Below, piece by piece: positions 1-12,529 of a stretch of DNA of 64,000 nt. This stretch comes from Octopus vulgaris (Eukaryota), in NCBI GenBank assembly GCA_951406725.2, contig OX597814.1, positions 185,876,001-185,940,000 of the forward strand, given 5' to 3'. The notes under the pieces are model-generated. The model had not been told where the DNA came from, ran no database searches, and saw only the letters and a list, made by a program, of their open reading frames with translations. Both the position numbers and the translations under genes were made by a program. The stretch's first letter is position 1. Every line of letters begins with the position of its first letter.

Positions 1-16
1 TTTGCAAACAGGCCTA

Positions 17-202
17 CTTGTTTCAGTCATTTGACTCCAAACAAATTGACTCCAGAACTTATTCTTTGTAAGTCTAGTACTTATTCTATCAGTCTCTTTG
101 CCAAACTGCTATGTAACAGGGGCATAAACACACCAGCATCGGTTGTCAAGTGATGGTAGGGGAAACAAACACAGACATACAAACATGCACACACATATAT
201 AT

Positions 203-235
<33 letters not shown>

Positions 236-716
236 CAAATACAAGATAAGAAAATGGAGAAATGCATCTAAATCAAATATCAATTACCAGATAATACTCA
301 ATCACATACTTTATTAAACCACCACATAAGAGACTGTAGGGTTAAACATAAAAAAGCAGAACAAATCAGTGTACATAAAGGAATGTACATAAAAAAGTGT
401 ACATAAAAGAGTAATGTTGTATAATAAGTAGAATATATATAAAAAAAGAATATACATATAAGTAAATATAAATATAAGTATAGATTGGATATATGTTATC
501 CCATGGAGGGTTGCATTTACAACCCCTATCTCAATTTGTATACATACAAATATATATACGACAGGCTTCTTTCAGTTTCCATCTACCAAATCCACTCACA
601 AGGTTTTGGTCAGCCTGAGGCTATAGTAGAAGACACTTACTGAATGTGCCACGTTGTGGGACTGAACCCAGAACCATGTGGTTGGTAAACAAGCTACTTA
701 CCGCACAGCCATGCCT
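17..716 (-). mobile_element. tRNA-derived SINE family A (CORE-like, ~420 bp, internal TA/CA microsatellite), interrupted by an unrelated ~300-bp insert at ~240-545
   Basis: Reverse complement of the family head (GGCTGTGTGGTAAGTAGCTTG...GGTTCAGTCCC, A/B-box-like) and tail (GTCAAATGACTGAAACAAGTA). Many further copies occur in this window. Confidence 0.85.
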
Positions 717-1512
717 GATGATAATGATGATGATGATGATGATGATGATGATTGCCTCATCTTGTCAGATGATAGCCATCTTAAATAAATGTTAGTGAGA
801 CATCTCTGTAAGTCGCTGGATTTAAGCAACAAATGCTTGTACAACACTTTTACTACTCTTTCAGGACAACAATATTACCTGGCTTGAAAACAGATGATAG
901 TCAGTGACTGGAAGAGCATCCAGTCATACAAAATCTACATCAATGAATCTTACCTGACCTATGTGATCATCAGAAAAAAAAAAGTAGATGTAAAAACGGT
1001 GATGATGATGATGATGATGACGACGACGACGATGATGATGACCATGATGATGATGGTGGTGGTGATGGTGGTGGTGGTGGTGATGTTGGTGATGATGATG
1101 ATGATGACGACGACGATGATGATGATATACTTTCTAAAATCAAATGAATGTAATACCCAAGTCTTTTATATATGTTCTTTTTTTCTTATTGATGTCTGTG
1201 AAACCATAAAAATTCAGAAAACCAATATTTTTTTAAGTTCAACTTCACAACAAGAGATTTTTTTATTCATAGATATTTTTTTTTTTTGTATTTCATACTT
1301 AGAAAGATAGAATAATGTTTTTGTTGTTGATTTTTTTTTCTTTTCTTCTTTTTTTTTTTTTCGTTTAATCTACAGAAAGAAGTTCTTATATTATATGGTG
1401 AAAGAAGCAGAAAAAAAACAATTTCTTAAAACAATAACTGTCAGAAACATTTATTCTTTGAAGACTTAAATAATTGGTGGCATTTTGATGATATTGTGTC
1501 CCCTGGCCTTTC

Positions 1513-1543
1513 GGGATGGGGTGGGGTGGAGTGGGGGGCGGGG
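1513..1543 (+). other. Potential G-quadruplex motif
   Basis: GGGATGGGGTGGGGTGGAGTGGGGGGCGGGG has five G-runs of 3 or more, set in unique T-rich sequence. Confidence 0.5.
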
Positions 1544-1925
1544 ATTTTTTTTTTTTCCTTTTCTTTTTTTACCTTTCCTACATGTTTGATTTCTGATTTA
1601 GACTTCTGCAATGATTTTTCTGTTTTATGTGGTTATATATAATTTCAAATTACATGTACTTTCTAATTTAAACATTTATTCTCAGGAAATAAGAAAAAAC
1701 AAAAAAAAACATAAAAAAGAAAACGAAATCAGAACTAAATAAATTTATATGCTATGGTATGTCTGCCTGTTTCTTTGTAATGGAATCACTTGAAATAATT
1801 TCCTTTCTTTGGTTCAAATATGTGGAGGATACAATTGGGAATAAAAGAAAAACAGGCATGTCTACTGGTATTCTATACATTAAAGGAATTTGTATATTAT
1901 GATAACTGTGTGTGTGTGTGTATGT

Positions 1926-1963
<38 letters not shown>

Positions 1964-2519
1964 TATGTGTGTGTGTATGCAAGGTATAATATGATTAACT
2001 GATTGATGGTCGGATAGACATGCAGGTGGATAAGCAAATGTATAGATGTAAAAAAAAAAACCCCACGCACATACATACAGATATTAAAAGAAATATGATG
2101 GATAAATTGGTAGATAGGTTAATAGGTATGAAAGAGAGCAGGCAGGGTGAGGGTAGGTAGGTAGGTAGGTAGGTTTATGAAAGGCTGGGAGATAAGGAGG
2201 TTAAGTAGGTGAATAAATAGGTGGAAATGTGGGCAAGAAACAGGTAAATACATAGACAGAGGCAATGAGGAAGGGAGATTTTAAAAGGGGTATAAATAAG
2301 AGGAAGGGATAAGCAAATAAAATTGCATAGCTAGAAAGCAGAATCTGTCCATGAAAATATATATTTGTATGCACATGCACACACATAAACATATCATCCA
2401 ACACTTGGTTCTGTCTCCCTCCGTAGTGACCACTCGTACTGTTTCCTCAAAGCCAGATCCGCAGGAGACTTACTGTCTTATGTTATTCACCAGTGAGTTC
2501 TTGCTTGAGAAAATCTCAG

Positions 2520-2776
2520 AAAAAACAATGTTGTTGCTTGGATATTTCAGCAATGCCTTCAACTGTGTCTGGTATGTAAATCCCCTATCGAAATTTCCTG
2601 TCTATGGGTTCCACCCATCTACCATATCTTGGATTAGTAGCTTCCTATCAGACCATGTCATAGCAACATGTGTTGATAGAGCTCCTTCTACTTCGCTCTC
2701 AATCAACTCTGGTGCCCCACCCCACCTCAAAGATGAATTTTATACCACAATCTCCTCTTTCTATATACATCAATGA
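2520..2776 (+). mobile_element. Decayed CR1/Jockey-group LINE reverse transcriptase fragment
   Basis: Translation FSNAFNCVW...LSKFPVYGFHPSTISWISSFLSD...SINSGAP resembles the RT motif DxSKAFDxVWH...WISSFLSxR...SGVPQG. Confidence 0.8.
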
Positions 2777-2819
2777 TCAACAAAGTGTTCAGACTAAATT
2801 TGACAGCTTTTTTTTAAAA

Positions 2820-2992
2820 AGATTCGAGCGAGGAAAAAGATTCGAGTGAGGTCATTCGAGTGAGACTGGCATCTAGCTGTAGAAACTCAGCCAAATCAAG
2901 ATTGGAGCCTGGTGCAGCCATCTGGTTTGCCAGCCCTCAGTCAAAATCGTCCAACCCATGCTAGCATGGAAAGCGGACGTTAAATGATGACG
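2820..2992 (+). mobile_element. RTE LINE 3' UTR fragment
   Basis: CCAACCCATGCTAGCATGGAAAGCGGACGTTAAATGATGA terminus, shared with the copies joined to an RTE ORF end at 33180 and 50690. Confidence 0.8.
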
Positions 2993-3180
2993 TCTCCTCT
3001 TTTGTTTTCAGGAACAGTTTGATGTATTGGCAAACAGTCAGGGGTGTTGGAGAGCATAAAGATTTAACTTGTAGCTGAGAGAAGATTAGCTGACATGGCG
3101 GACTGGAAGCCATCTGAATATTGGGAAAGAGTTACCTATATATCATGATGATTTGCACCAGGTGTCAAAATGCCAACCTC

Positions 3181-3490
3181 ATGACTGCTACTCAATGCTT
3201 TGTGAGCACTGTAAAGGCTGCAAAATGTGATATGGACAGCTGCAACAGAGACTATGATGCTGTGGTCAGCAAGAAGGGACACAGCAGGCATTCTGACTGC
3301 ATCTGCATGCTAGAATTTATCTCCAGGATTTATCCGACATCATGACTGCTGCTAAATACTCTGTGGACACTGTAAAGGCTGTAAGATGTGACATGGACAG
3401 CAGCAGTGGAGACTACAAGGCCATGGCTAGCAGGAAGAGGAAACATAGCAGACATTTTGACTGTGTCTGTACACTGGAATTCATCCCTGC
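3181..3490 (+). repeat. Diverged tandem duplication, period ~161 bp
   Basis: ATGACTGCT...CACTGTAAAGGCTG...ATGGACAGC...TGACTG...GAATT occurs at 3181 and again at 3342. Confidence 0.8.
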
Positions 3491-5037
3491 ATCTTTGAAC
3501 AGAGTCTTAGGCTCGATTCAGATGACGATGTGAATCTGCAGGAGACTGTGGTCAATCTCTGACAGGAGAGTGTTGCTGCTAGAAGGCCATATGTATGGCA
3601 GTAGGATTCTACTCCTTGCCATTCCTCCAGAAAGAATCAGAAAGGATTGTCAGAAAATTTCTGATTTCACCATCCCCAATTTCTGGCTTCCTGATTCCCC
3701 CAGTATAATCTCATGGGAATGTAGGGTGCAGCTGAGAAAGGCACCAACTGCTCTGCCTGCAACACCAAGGCTGAGCTGGTGGTCAAGATCGAGAAAGTGC
3801 TCAAAGATCTTCCCAGGGGCACAGTAATGAATGTGTATGCAAGCTCTTTCACCACAACTTCCTCTCACTCTTTCCTCCTGCATCTTCCAGCTCACCTGTG
3901 GTGGATCGGTGTCCTGTCCAGGTGAGGAACCTATACGCCAAGGTAACTGGGAAACCAGGAAACCGGCCCTATGAGCCAGGCATGGCTTGAGAAGAAACAA
4001 ACAGTGCATACATGTGTGTGTGTGAGGCAAGCTTCTTTCAGTTTCTGTTTACCAAATCCATTCACAAAGCTTTGGTCAGCCTGAAGTTATAGCAGAAGAA
4101 ACTTGCCCAAGGTACCACACAGTGGGATTGAACCCAGAACCATGTGGTTGATAAGCAAGCTACTCACCACACACATATATGATAGGCTTCTTTCAGTTTC
4201 TGTTTACCAAATCCATTCACAAAGCTTTGGTCAGGTCAAGGTCACAGAAGAAGACACCCTCAATATAAAACTCAGAAAGAATCAGCATGCTACCTGGACT
4301 TTTGAATTACAGGTAGATTCCATCTGATGGGCACCTACATAATTTCCCCTCTATCCAATTTCACTCCTAAGTCTTGGTCCAGCCTGAGGCCATGGTAAAA
4401 AATGCCTTTGTTTTTTTTTTTATCCCAAGATGCCATGCAGTGGAAGGGAACCAGTGAACACATGATTACAAAGCATACTGCTCATCCATGCCTGTACTGT
4501 GGTTGCAGTCACAAACGCAGACATACACTTCTGCACGTGCAGCCATGGAAACTTATTAATTAATTAGATAAATAAATAAATATATAAATATATAAAAGCT
4601 TGCCAAGAGGTGGGGATGGCATGGGAAGATTTGTAGTATTTTTTTTATTAATGTCAGCTTATCCTGGTCTTCGTCTTTTCGTCTCTCCACCCAGTTTTTT
4701 TTTTAAATAGACCCATATTTTACAGTCATTGAGAAATGTGGAAAATAAATAGAAGTTTCTGCACTCAATAACCTCATATCTATTTTTCCTCTTCCTCCTC
4801 CTCCACCTCCTCCTACTACTATAACTACTCCTCTTTCTCGCCCCCTCTCTACCTTTCACTCTTTCACTCTCCTTCTTGTTCTCCCTTCACCCAAAAGACA
4901 AAGAATGGAAATTAAAATAACTAATGATATATGTATATATGTGAGTGAGAACAGTAACAGGCATGTGAATAAATGTGTATACATACATACACGCCCATGC
5001 ACACACACACACACACACACTAATATATACATATATT

Positions 5038-5250
5038 AGGCGGCAAGCTGGCGGAAGTGTTGGCACACCGTGCGAAATGCTTAGTGAAATTTTATGTCTT
5101 TACGTTCTGAGTTCAAATTCCGCCGAGGTCAGCTTTGTCATTCATCCTTTCGGGGTCGATAAATTACATACTAGTTGCATACTTGGGTCAATCTAATTGA
5201 CTGGCCCCTCTCCCCAAACATTTTGGGCCTCGTGACTAGAGTAGAAAAGA
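5038..5250 (+). mobile_element. tRNA-derived SINE family B (Meta/MESC-like core)
   Basis: Head AGGCGGCAAGCTGGCGGAA, B-box-like GAGTTCAAATTC, core TCATCCTTTCGGGGTCGATAAA. Confidence 0.8.
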
Positions 5251-5270
5251 ATATATACATATATCATATG

Positions 5271-5976
5271 TCTTTTACCTTTTGTTGCAGTCATTGGTCT
5301 GCGGCCATGCTGGAGCACTGCCTCAAAGGGTTTTAGTCAAAATAAATCGCCCATCCTCAGTACTTAAGTTTTCAGTCTGGTACTTATTTTATCAATCTCT
5401 TGTGCTGAACTGTTAAGATATGGGGATGTAAACAAACTAGATACACAAAGACATGCTTGTTTTATCCTTTGCTCGTTTAGATTGTGGCCATGCTGGGACA
5501 CTGCTTTGAAGAATTTTAATCAAATGAATCAGCCCCAGTACTTATCTTTTAAGCCTAGTACCTATTCTATCAATCACTTTGGCCAAACTGCTAAGTCATG
5601 GGGACAAAACCTGTTGTCAAGTAGTGTGGGGGACAAACAGACACACACACACAATGGGCTTCTTTCAGTTTCATTCTGCAATTTAGTCAAGTAAATCAAC
5701 CCCAGGACTTATTCTTTGCAAGCCTAGTACTTATTCTATCAGTCTCTTTTGCCGAACCGCTAAGTTACGGAGACGTAAACACACCACCATCGGTTGTCAA
5801 GTGATGTTGTGGGACAAACACAGACACAAACATATACACACACACACACACATATATATATATATGTATATATACATATATACGACGGGCTTCTTTCAAG
5901 TGCCTTCTACTATAGCCTCAGGCCGACCAAATCCTTGTTAGTAGATTTGGTAGATGGAAACTGAAAGAAGCTCATC

Positions 5977-6047
<71 letters not shown>

Positions 6048-6422
6048 TGTATGTTTGTGTGTCTGTGCTTGTCTCCCCAACACCGCTTGACAACCGATAC
6101 TGGTGTGTTTACATCCCCGTAACTTAGCAGTTCAGCAAAGAGACCGATAGAATAAGTACTAGGCTTACAAAGAATAAACCCTGGGGTCGATTTGCTTGAC
6201 TAAAGTCGGTGCTCCAGCATGGCCATGATCAAATGACTGAAACAAGTAAAAGAGTAAGAGATATGTATACAACGGGCTTCTTGCAAATTCTGTCTCCTAA
6301 ATCCACTAACAAGGCTTTGATTGCTCCAAGGCTATATAGAAGACACTTGCCCAAGGTGTCATATGGTGGGACTGAACCCAGAACCATGTAGTTTGGAAGT
6401 AAGCTTCTTACCACACAGCAAT
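5271..6422. mobile_element. Cluster of partial SINE A copies in alternating orientation
   Basis: Minus fragments at ~5271-5670, 5680-5898 and 6270-6422; plus fragment at 5899-6260. Confidence 0.75.
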
Positions 6423-6443
6423 GCCAACGAATTTCTACCTACC

Positions 6444-6660
6444 AAGGTGGTGAGCTGGTAGAATCTTTAGCACACCAGACGAAATGCCTAGCAGTATTTC
6501 ACCCATTGCTACACTCTGAGTTCAAATTTCACCAAGTTCATCTTTACCTTTCATCATTTCTGAGTCGATAAAATAGTACCAGTTAAACACTGGGGGTCGA
6601 TGTAATCAATTCATCCCCTCCCACAAAATTGCTGCCCTTGTCACAAAATTTGAAACCATT
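6444..6660 (+). mobile_element. SINE family B
   Basis: AAGGTGGTGAGCTGGTAGAATC head; tail CCCCTCCCACAAAATTGCTGCCCTTGTCACAAAATTTGAAA. Confidence 0.75.
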
Positions 6661-6994
6661 ATATAGCTAAATTAAATGTTCGCATCAAGTCTTGCCAAAT
6701 CATTTGCCTTTCCTTTCTACTTTAATCTATATGCTTAAGAAAAGGAGATGACACGGAAAAAACAATGACAATATTATACATGTCCTCAGCAAATGAAATT
6801 CATAACATAGCTATTGTTTTTCCTGTGTCATCTCTTTGTTCTTACTACCACTCTATATTCATCTAACACTTTATTTTGAACCAAAGCAGTGTGACTCTCC
6901 CCTACACACAACAAAATACATATATTGATTTCTACACCAAGTTATTACTCTCACAATGCCTTAGAAATATATATATATATATATATATAAATAT

Positions 6995-7190
6995 ATGTGG
7001 AAATACAAAATGGGACAAGAACACAAAATATCCAGACTGTTAGATGATACAAAAAAGGGATAACGAAACATCCAGATAGACGATACAAAGAAAACAAGGA
7101 CAGGTCATTCGGAGTTTTCTTTCCTCAGTCGAGTTCCAGATTATCTTTGCAATTTCAGCTGGTTATACTCAACTATTTGCTCGACTAGTT
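6995..7190 (-). mobile_element. (TA)n-abutting repeat fragment, same family as 41340-41485 (probable PLE 3' end)
   Basis: Reverse complement matches 41370-41483 (GAGTATAACCAGC...TTGCAAAGATAATCTGGAACTC...CCTTGTTTTCTTTGTAT). Both copies end at (TA)n. Confidence 0.6.
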
Positions 7191-7202
7191 ATACATTTTC
7201 TC

Positions 7203-7234
<32 letters not shown>

Positions 7235-7760
7235 GTTTAACGTCCGTTCTCCATGCTAGCATGGGTTGGACAACTGTTATATAAATATACGTTTATATAA
7301 AGTGAGGTGAATCTATTTACTTTTGAGGTGACTGTGTGTGTGTATATATATATATACATATATACACACGCATACACTAACACACATGTATGCATACATA
7401 CACACGTGTGTGTATGTGTGTGAGAGTGTGTGTGTGTGCCTGTGTGTATGCATGTGTGTATGGCACAATAAACATTTCATATTTCTCATCATGGCGACAT
7501 TGGTTGCAATGTTGGCTGATAATAAAACGTGGGAATTCTCAAGAAGTATACCACAACAACAACAACAACAGCAAGAATTACTACTACTACCACTCCTGCT
7601 AATACTATTACTGCTCCTACTGCTACTGCAACAATAAAAGGAAAAGAAAGAAAGGTGTCTGCCCTCGTCAATGGGCAATCATCATGTGAATTAAAAAGAA
7701 AGCGGTAAAAAACAATACTAAACTACATTTGCGACAAGAATAACAACAACATTAATAAAA

Positions 7761-7797
7761 ATGATGATGATGAAAAATAATAATAATAATAATAACG

Positions 7798-7834
<37 letters not shown>

Positions 7835-7858
7835 TAATAATAATAATAATAATAATAA

Positions 7859-7889
<31 letters not shown>

Positions 7890-7990
7890 AAGAAGAAGAA
7901 GAAGAAGAAGAAGAAGAAGAAGAATGATAATTATGATAATGATAATGATAACAATAACAATTACAATAATAATAATAATAATAATAATAA
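7761..7990. repeat. Compound microsatellite (AAT)n-(AAG)n-(AAT)n
   Basis: Direct reading of the sequence; it is the source of the poly-N/K/I/L ORFs. Confidence 0.95.
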
Positions 7991-8135
7991 ATTCGTTTAT
8001 TGGCCACAAGGGCTAACAAAAATCAAATAAAAGATGTAAGGACAAAATACAGGACGAAAGTTACAAAAAGGGTTTTGTCCGTTTGTAAAGTCCATGTAAA
8101 AATGCAAGATAACAACGAAAATATAACAAGTAAAA

Positions 8136-8208
<73 letters not shown>

Positions 8209-8227
8209 CAACAATGATGATGATAAA

Positions 8228-8711
8228 GACATCATATTGAAAGACATCAGACAAAAATCATGCCTCATCATTGATATGGCTATCCCAATCGAGGCCTACC
8301 AAAAATTGAGTAAGTATAAAGATCTTGAAATAGAAATTAGCAAAATGTGGAACCTGAAGACTAAAACAATACCTGTCGTCATAGGTGCCTTAGGAATGAT
8401 AGCAAAAGGGGCTGATTGCTACCTTGCTCAGATACCAGGAAACCCCAAAATGGCAGAAATTCAAAAGATAGTGCTAATGGGGACTGCCCATATCCTACAC
8501 AAAATACTTTCTATGTAATCTCATATTTTAAAACAAGCATAATTTTCTTATGGTTTCTTAAACATTCTCTAGAACAACACTATGTACAAAACAAAATATA
8601 TGGCACGCTAGTCATAACACCAACATGAACCTCTTACTTGTGATCTCTTGAGGTCTGTGGGTGAGACTTGGAGCCAACTTGTACAAATGTAAAGCAAAAG
8701 TCAAACATAAT
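8228..8711 (+). mobile_element. 5'-truncated R4/Dong-clade non-LTR retrotransposon (restriction-like endonuclease C-terminus plus 3' UTR) in an (AAT)n tract
   Basis: DIILKDIRQKSCLIIDMAIP...KLSKYKDLEIEISKMWNLKTKTIPVVIGALG...IQKIVLMGTAHIL is an RLE domain of R4/Dong type. It abuts (AAT)n. Confidence 0.85.
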
Positions 8712-9200
8712 CATCATCATCATCATCATCATTTAACGTCCGCTTTCCATGCTAGCATGGGTTGGATGGTTCAACTGGGGTCTGGGGAGCCCGAAAGCTG
8801 CACCAGTCCAGTCAGATCTGGCAGTGTTTCTACAGCTGGATGCCCTTCCTAACGCCAACCACTCCGAGAGTGTAGTGGGTGATTTTATGTGCCACCGACA
8901 CAGGTGCCAGACGAGGCTGGCAAACGGCCACGCTCGGATGGTGTTTTTTATGTGCCACCGACACAGGTGCCAGACGAGGCTGGCAGACGGCCACGCTCGG
9001 ATGGTGTTTTTATGTGCCACCGACATAGGTGCCAGATGAGGCTGGCAAACGGCCACGATCGGATGGTGTTTGTTACGTGCCCACAGCACGGAGGCCAGTC
9101 GATGCAGTACTGGCTACGGCCACGTTCGGATGGTTTTCTTGTGTGCCACCGGCACTGGTACCACAAAGATACAAATTCCATTGATGTTCATCTATTTTGA
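8711..9200 (-). mobile_element. RTE LINE 3' UTR with ~56-bp internal tandem repeats
   Basis: (CAT)n-TTTAACGTCCGCTTTCCATGCTAGC terminus; three or more units of TATGTGCCACCGACACAGGTGCCAGACGAGGCTGGCA...CTCGGATGGTG. Confidence 0.85.
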
Positions 9201-9216
9201 TTAATAATAATAATAA

Positions 9217-9300
9217 AGTTGTCAGGCTTGAAGTGATCCAGAAGACAGCATTGTTGGGTACAGCTTGCATTCTAAGGGTAGTATAGTCTCTTTGAGTTAC
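9217..9300 (+). mobile_element. Short R4/Dong-like ORF terminus
   Basis: VRLEVIQKTALLGTACILRVV* follows (AAT)n and has the same C-terminal motif as 8460-8518. Confidence 0.6.
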
Positions 9301-9419
9301 AGGAGAAGGCTCTACTAAGTGAAGGTTTTGGTCAGCCCCAGGCTATAGTAGAATATACTCGCTCAAGGTACTACGCATTGTGACTGGACCCAGAAACAAG
9401 TGGTTGGGAAGCAAGCGTC

Positions 9420-9830
9420 TTCTTTCTTTATTGCCCATAAGGGGCTAAATACAGAGGGGACAAACAAGGACAGACAAAGGGATAAAGTTGATTACATCGA
9501 CACCTGTACATAACTGGTACTTAATTTATCAACCCCGAAAGGATGAAAGGCAAAGTCGACCTCAGCGGAATTTGAACTCAGAACATAACGGCAGACGAAA
9601 TACCTATTTCTTTATTACCCACAAGGGGCTAAACATAGAGAGGACAAACAAGGACAGACAAATGGATTAAGTCGATTATATTGACCCTAGTATGTAACTG
9701 GTACTTAATTTATCGACCCCAAAAGGATGAAAGGCAAAGTTGACCTCGGCGGAATTCGAACTCAGAACGTAGCAGCAGACAAAATATCGCTAAGCATGTC
9801 GCCCAGCATGCTAACATTTCTGCCAGTTTG
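9420..9830 (-). mobile_element. SINE family B, partial tandem dimer with the alternative tail
   Basis: Two consecutive units of TTTCTTTATT.CCCA.AAGGGGCTAAA...GGATGAAAGGCAAAGT.GACCTC. Confidence 0.8.
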
Positions 9831-10133
9831 TTTCTTACCACACAGTCATGCCTGTGTGGTAAGAAGCAGCTTCTTACCACACAGCCATGCCTGCACCTAC
9901 TTTGCCTAAAGTTTGTGACTGTGTGTCTAATTTACAAATTATTATATTACTGACACCAATATATTACTGTTTTGTCAAGCTGCTCCCCACCAACTAAAAG
10001 AGGAAATGTAAACTTTTGTGACAGTAGAATGGATTCTACAATCAGGTTTAGTTATAAAAAGTTTATTTAGTTATAACAAGTTTATTTAGTTCAAAAATTT
10101 CAGGTGACAATAATTGTGAGTTTTAAAACAGGC

Positions 10134-10361
10134 TAACCTTTTCGCTACCAACCTGGCTGAAAGCGGCTCTGGCTCTGAGTACAAATGTCTTGTTTTCATA
10201 AGTTTGGAATTAAAAATCTTCCACCAAACCTTAGTCACAATTTATGTTCCTAACACTAGCTGAATGATAACTAAGTTATTTTACTAAACTCTTTGTTATA
10301 TTTAAAGTAATTGAAAGAAACACAGAACATCTCAAGATAAATACAGTAACGAAATGGTTAA
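10134..10361 (+). mobile_element. piggyBac-type MITE (~225 bp)
   Basis: Same body as 38622-38848 and 49569-49799; degenerate CCCTTTCGTTAC/GTAACGAAAGGG TIRs ending at TTAA. Confidence 0.8.
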
Positions 10362-10770
10362 TAATTATGAGTTTTAAAGCAGGATATGGTTGCTTTGTTT
10401 AGCCCTAGATCAGTTTTGACCAAACAGCCATATGATTAGCCCCTTGCAGATGGATTTAGTACTGACAATCTTTGCTGCATACCAGTATTAGGCTGTTCAG
10501 TAACTGCATAATTTTTCATACAAGGAATTTTGTAATGTATTTACAGAGTCTTCTTAGTGTGGTGTATTTGAAATAATGGTGCCATGCAGAGCGAGACATC
10601 ACACTGTTTACACACACACAGGGTTTCGATGAGGGCAGTACCACTTCCCATCTGCAATGGGTTAAATTGTTTCAGCTTTGACCAAGGCTGTCTTAGCAGT
10701 TTTAAAGGCCCTGGACAAATCAATGCACTGAGCCCTGGGGTATGTATTTAGTCACAGCAAGTCACATCAT

Positions 10771-11085
10771 CAGAGCCGGATTAAGACTCATCGAGGCCTT
10801 AAGCACTTACAAGATTTTGGTGCCCCCATAAAAGATTATGTAATTCAAAATAGAAACAATAACAAACCATAAAACAAATTTTTATTTTTCAATATGAAAC
10901 TAAACAATAAGAAGAAAAACAATGCTTATTTTTCTATACTTCCACTTTATTTATATGTGAAAAGTTTTCTCCTACTTTTTTGAATTGCAAAGTCTTTGAA
11001 CAGATCCTCAAAATTAATCTTAGGCAACACATCTGCAGCTATACTTAGTAGAGATAAAAGCATCCCAAATATTATTTTAGCAAGT
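10771..11085 (-). mobile_element. hAT-superfamily transposon 3' end (dimerisation-domain remnant plus TIR)
   Basis: Minus-strand LSLLSIAADVLPKINFEDLFKDFAIQKSRRK resembles the hATC C-terminus; CAGAGCCGGATTAAG terminus at 10771. Confidence 0.7.
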
Positions 11086-11756
11086 TTAAAGTGATTTCTT
11101 TTGTGCTGTGAACCATTTACCATTTCTGTGGTGCCCTCTTGTTCATGAGAAGACCAGGCAGAGACAGTTGCAACTATCTGGTCACTGCATGCACCACCCT
11201 GAACTGGAAGTATCCAAATTAGTCTTGTGGAACCCACTTCAAGGTGATGTTAAGAAGAGGAAAACGTCATCATACTTACATTGCCAACTTAATTGCAGAC
11301 ACTGGTCTAAATGTATCTAGGATCTCAAGGCAGTGATGTTGGACCAAGAAGTGTGACAAGTGGACTTTGTTGCCACAAGTCAGGTCGGAACCCGACCATA
11401 ATAAAAAATAATACAGGGATCAGAATTGGGTCTCTAGATCAGTGAAACCCTTGGGTACTGGATCTGACTGACCACTCTGTTCTTTTGTATATCAGAATTA
11501 CAATGTCCAATGTGAACTTCTAACTTTAAAATACTAAGGTGTCATCTGAGGGCTATTTGATAAGTGTTTCAACTCTGCCTTTCCTTTTGTATATCAGAGT
11601 CACATTGTCCAATGTTGAATTGCTTCTTTAAAATGCTAGGTGTGATCTGAGAAATATTTGGCTGCTATTTCTGGTAGATCAAGATACTAATTCACTGGTT
11701 CACTGGGCAAGGTATGTATTACATAGGTAAGAACACTAATGACACTAGTAGTAGTG

Positions 11757-11834
<78 letters not shown>

Positions 11835-12471
11835 AGAGGAGGGGAGGAGGGAAGAGGAGGAGGGAAGAGGAGGAGGGATCAGAGAAAATAGAATATGATG
11901 AATTATCTCAATAATTAGCTTTTGTTTTTTCTATTTTTTAGTTTAATTTTATTACCTTTTCTTTTATAAGTTTCTTTTCTTGTTGCCTTTTTTGATGATT
12001 TTTTTCTTTTTTTTTTGTCACAGCATCAGAGGTGGTGAAGGATGAGGAAAGCGCTGATGGAAGATGAAAATGAGGACGATGAAAGATGTGTGGAGGAGTG
12101 GGAGGGGTGGTTCTTTTGATTCAACAGAAAAAAAAAAGTTTTGTAAAAGATAAAATAAACGAAGAAATGAAAAAAAAATACCAAAAAACATAATAAGTCA
12201 AACAGCAAAAAATAAATACATTAAAAAAAAAAAACAGAGATTCATTCAGTACATTGAAGAAGTGCAAAAACAAAAACATACAAAAAAAATACCTTCTAAC
12301 AACAAAAATACATGCAATTCTCCGTTCCTTGCGGGGAGCCCCACCCAAACCTCTGACTTTACACTGCAGCTGATGCTTTGATTACATTTCTCTACCACCG
12401 ACCCAACATTAATTAGATAGAAGGATAAATAAATAATTACAAGTTCTTCATTATGATTATTGTTATTATTA

Positions 12472-12529
<58 letters not shown>

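Noticed and set aside
8000-8518. 172-aa ORF as a host gene
   Set aside because: It is chance read-through from a repeat end across (AAT)n into a retrotransposon RLE fragment.
8885-9150. Regularly spaced repeats resembling a CRISPR array (also at 43705-43830)
   Set aside because: The units are tandem copies without unique spacers, lie inside an RTE 3' UTR, and there are no cas genes in this eukaryotic context.
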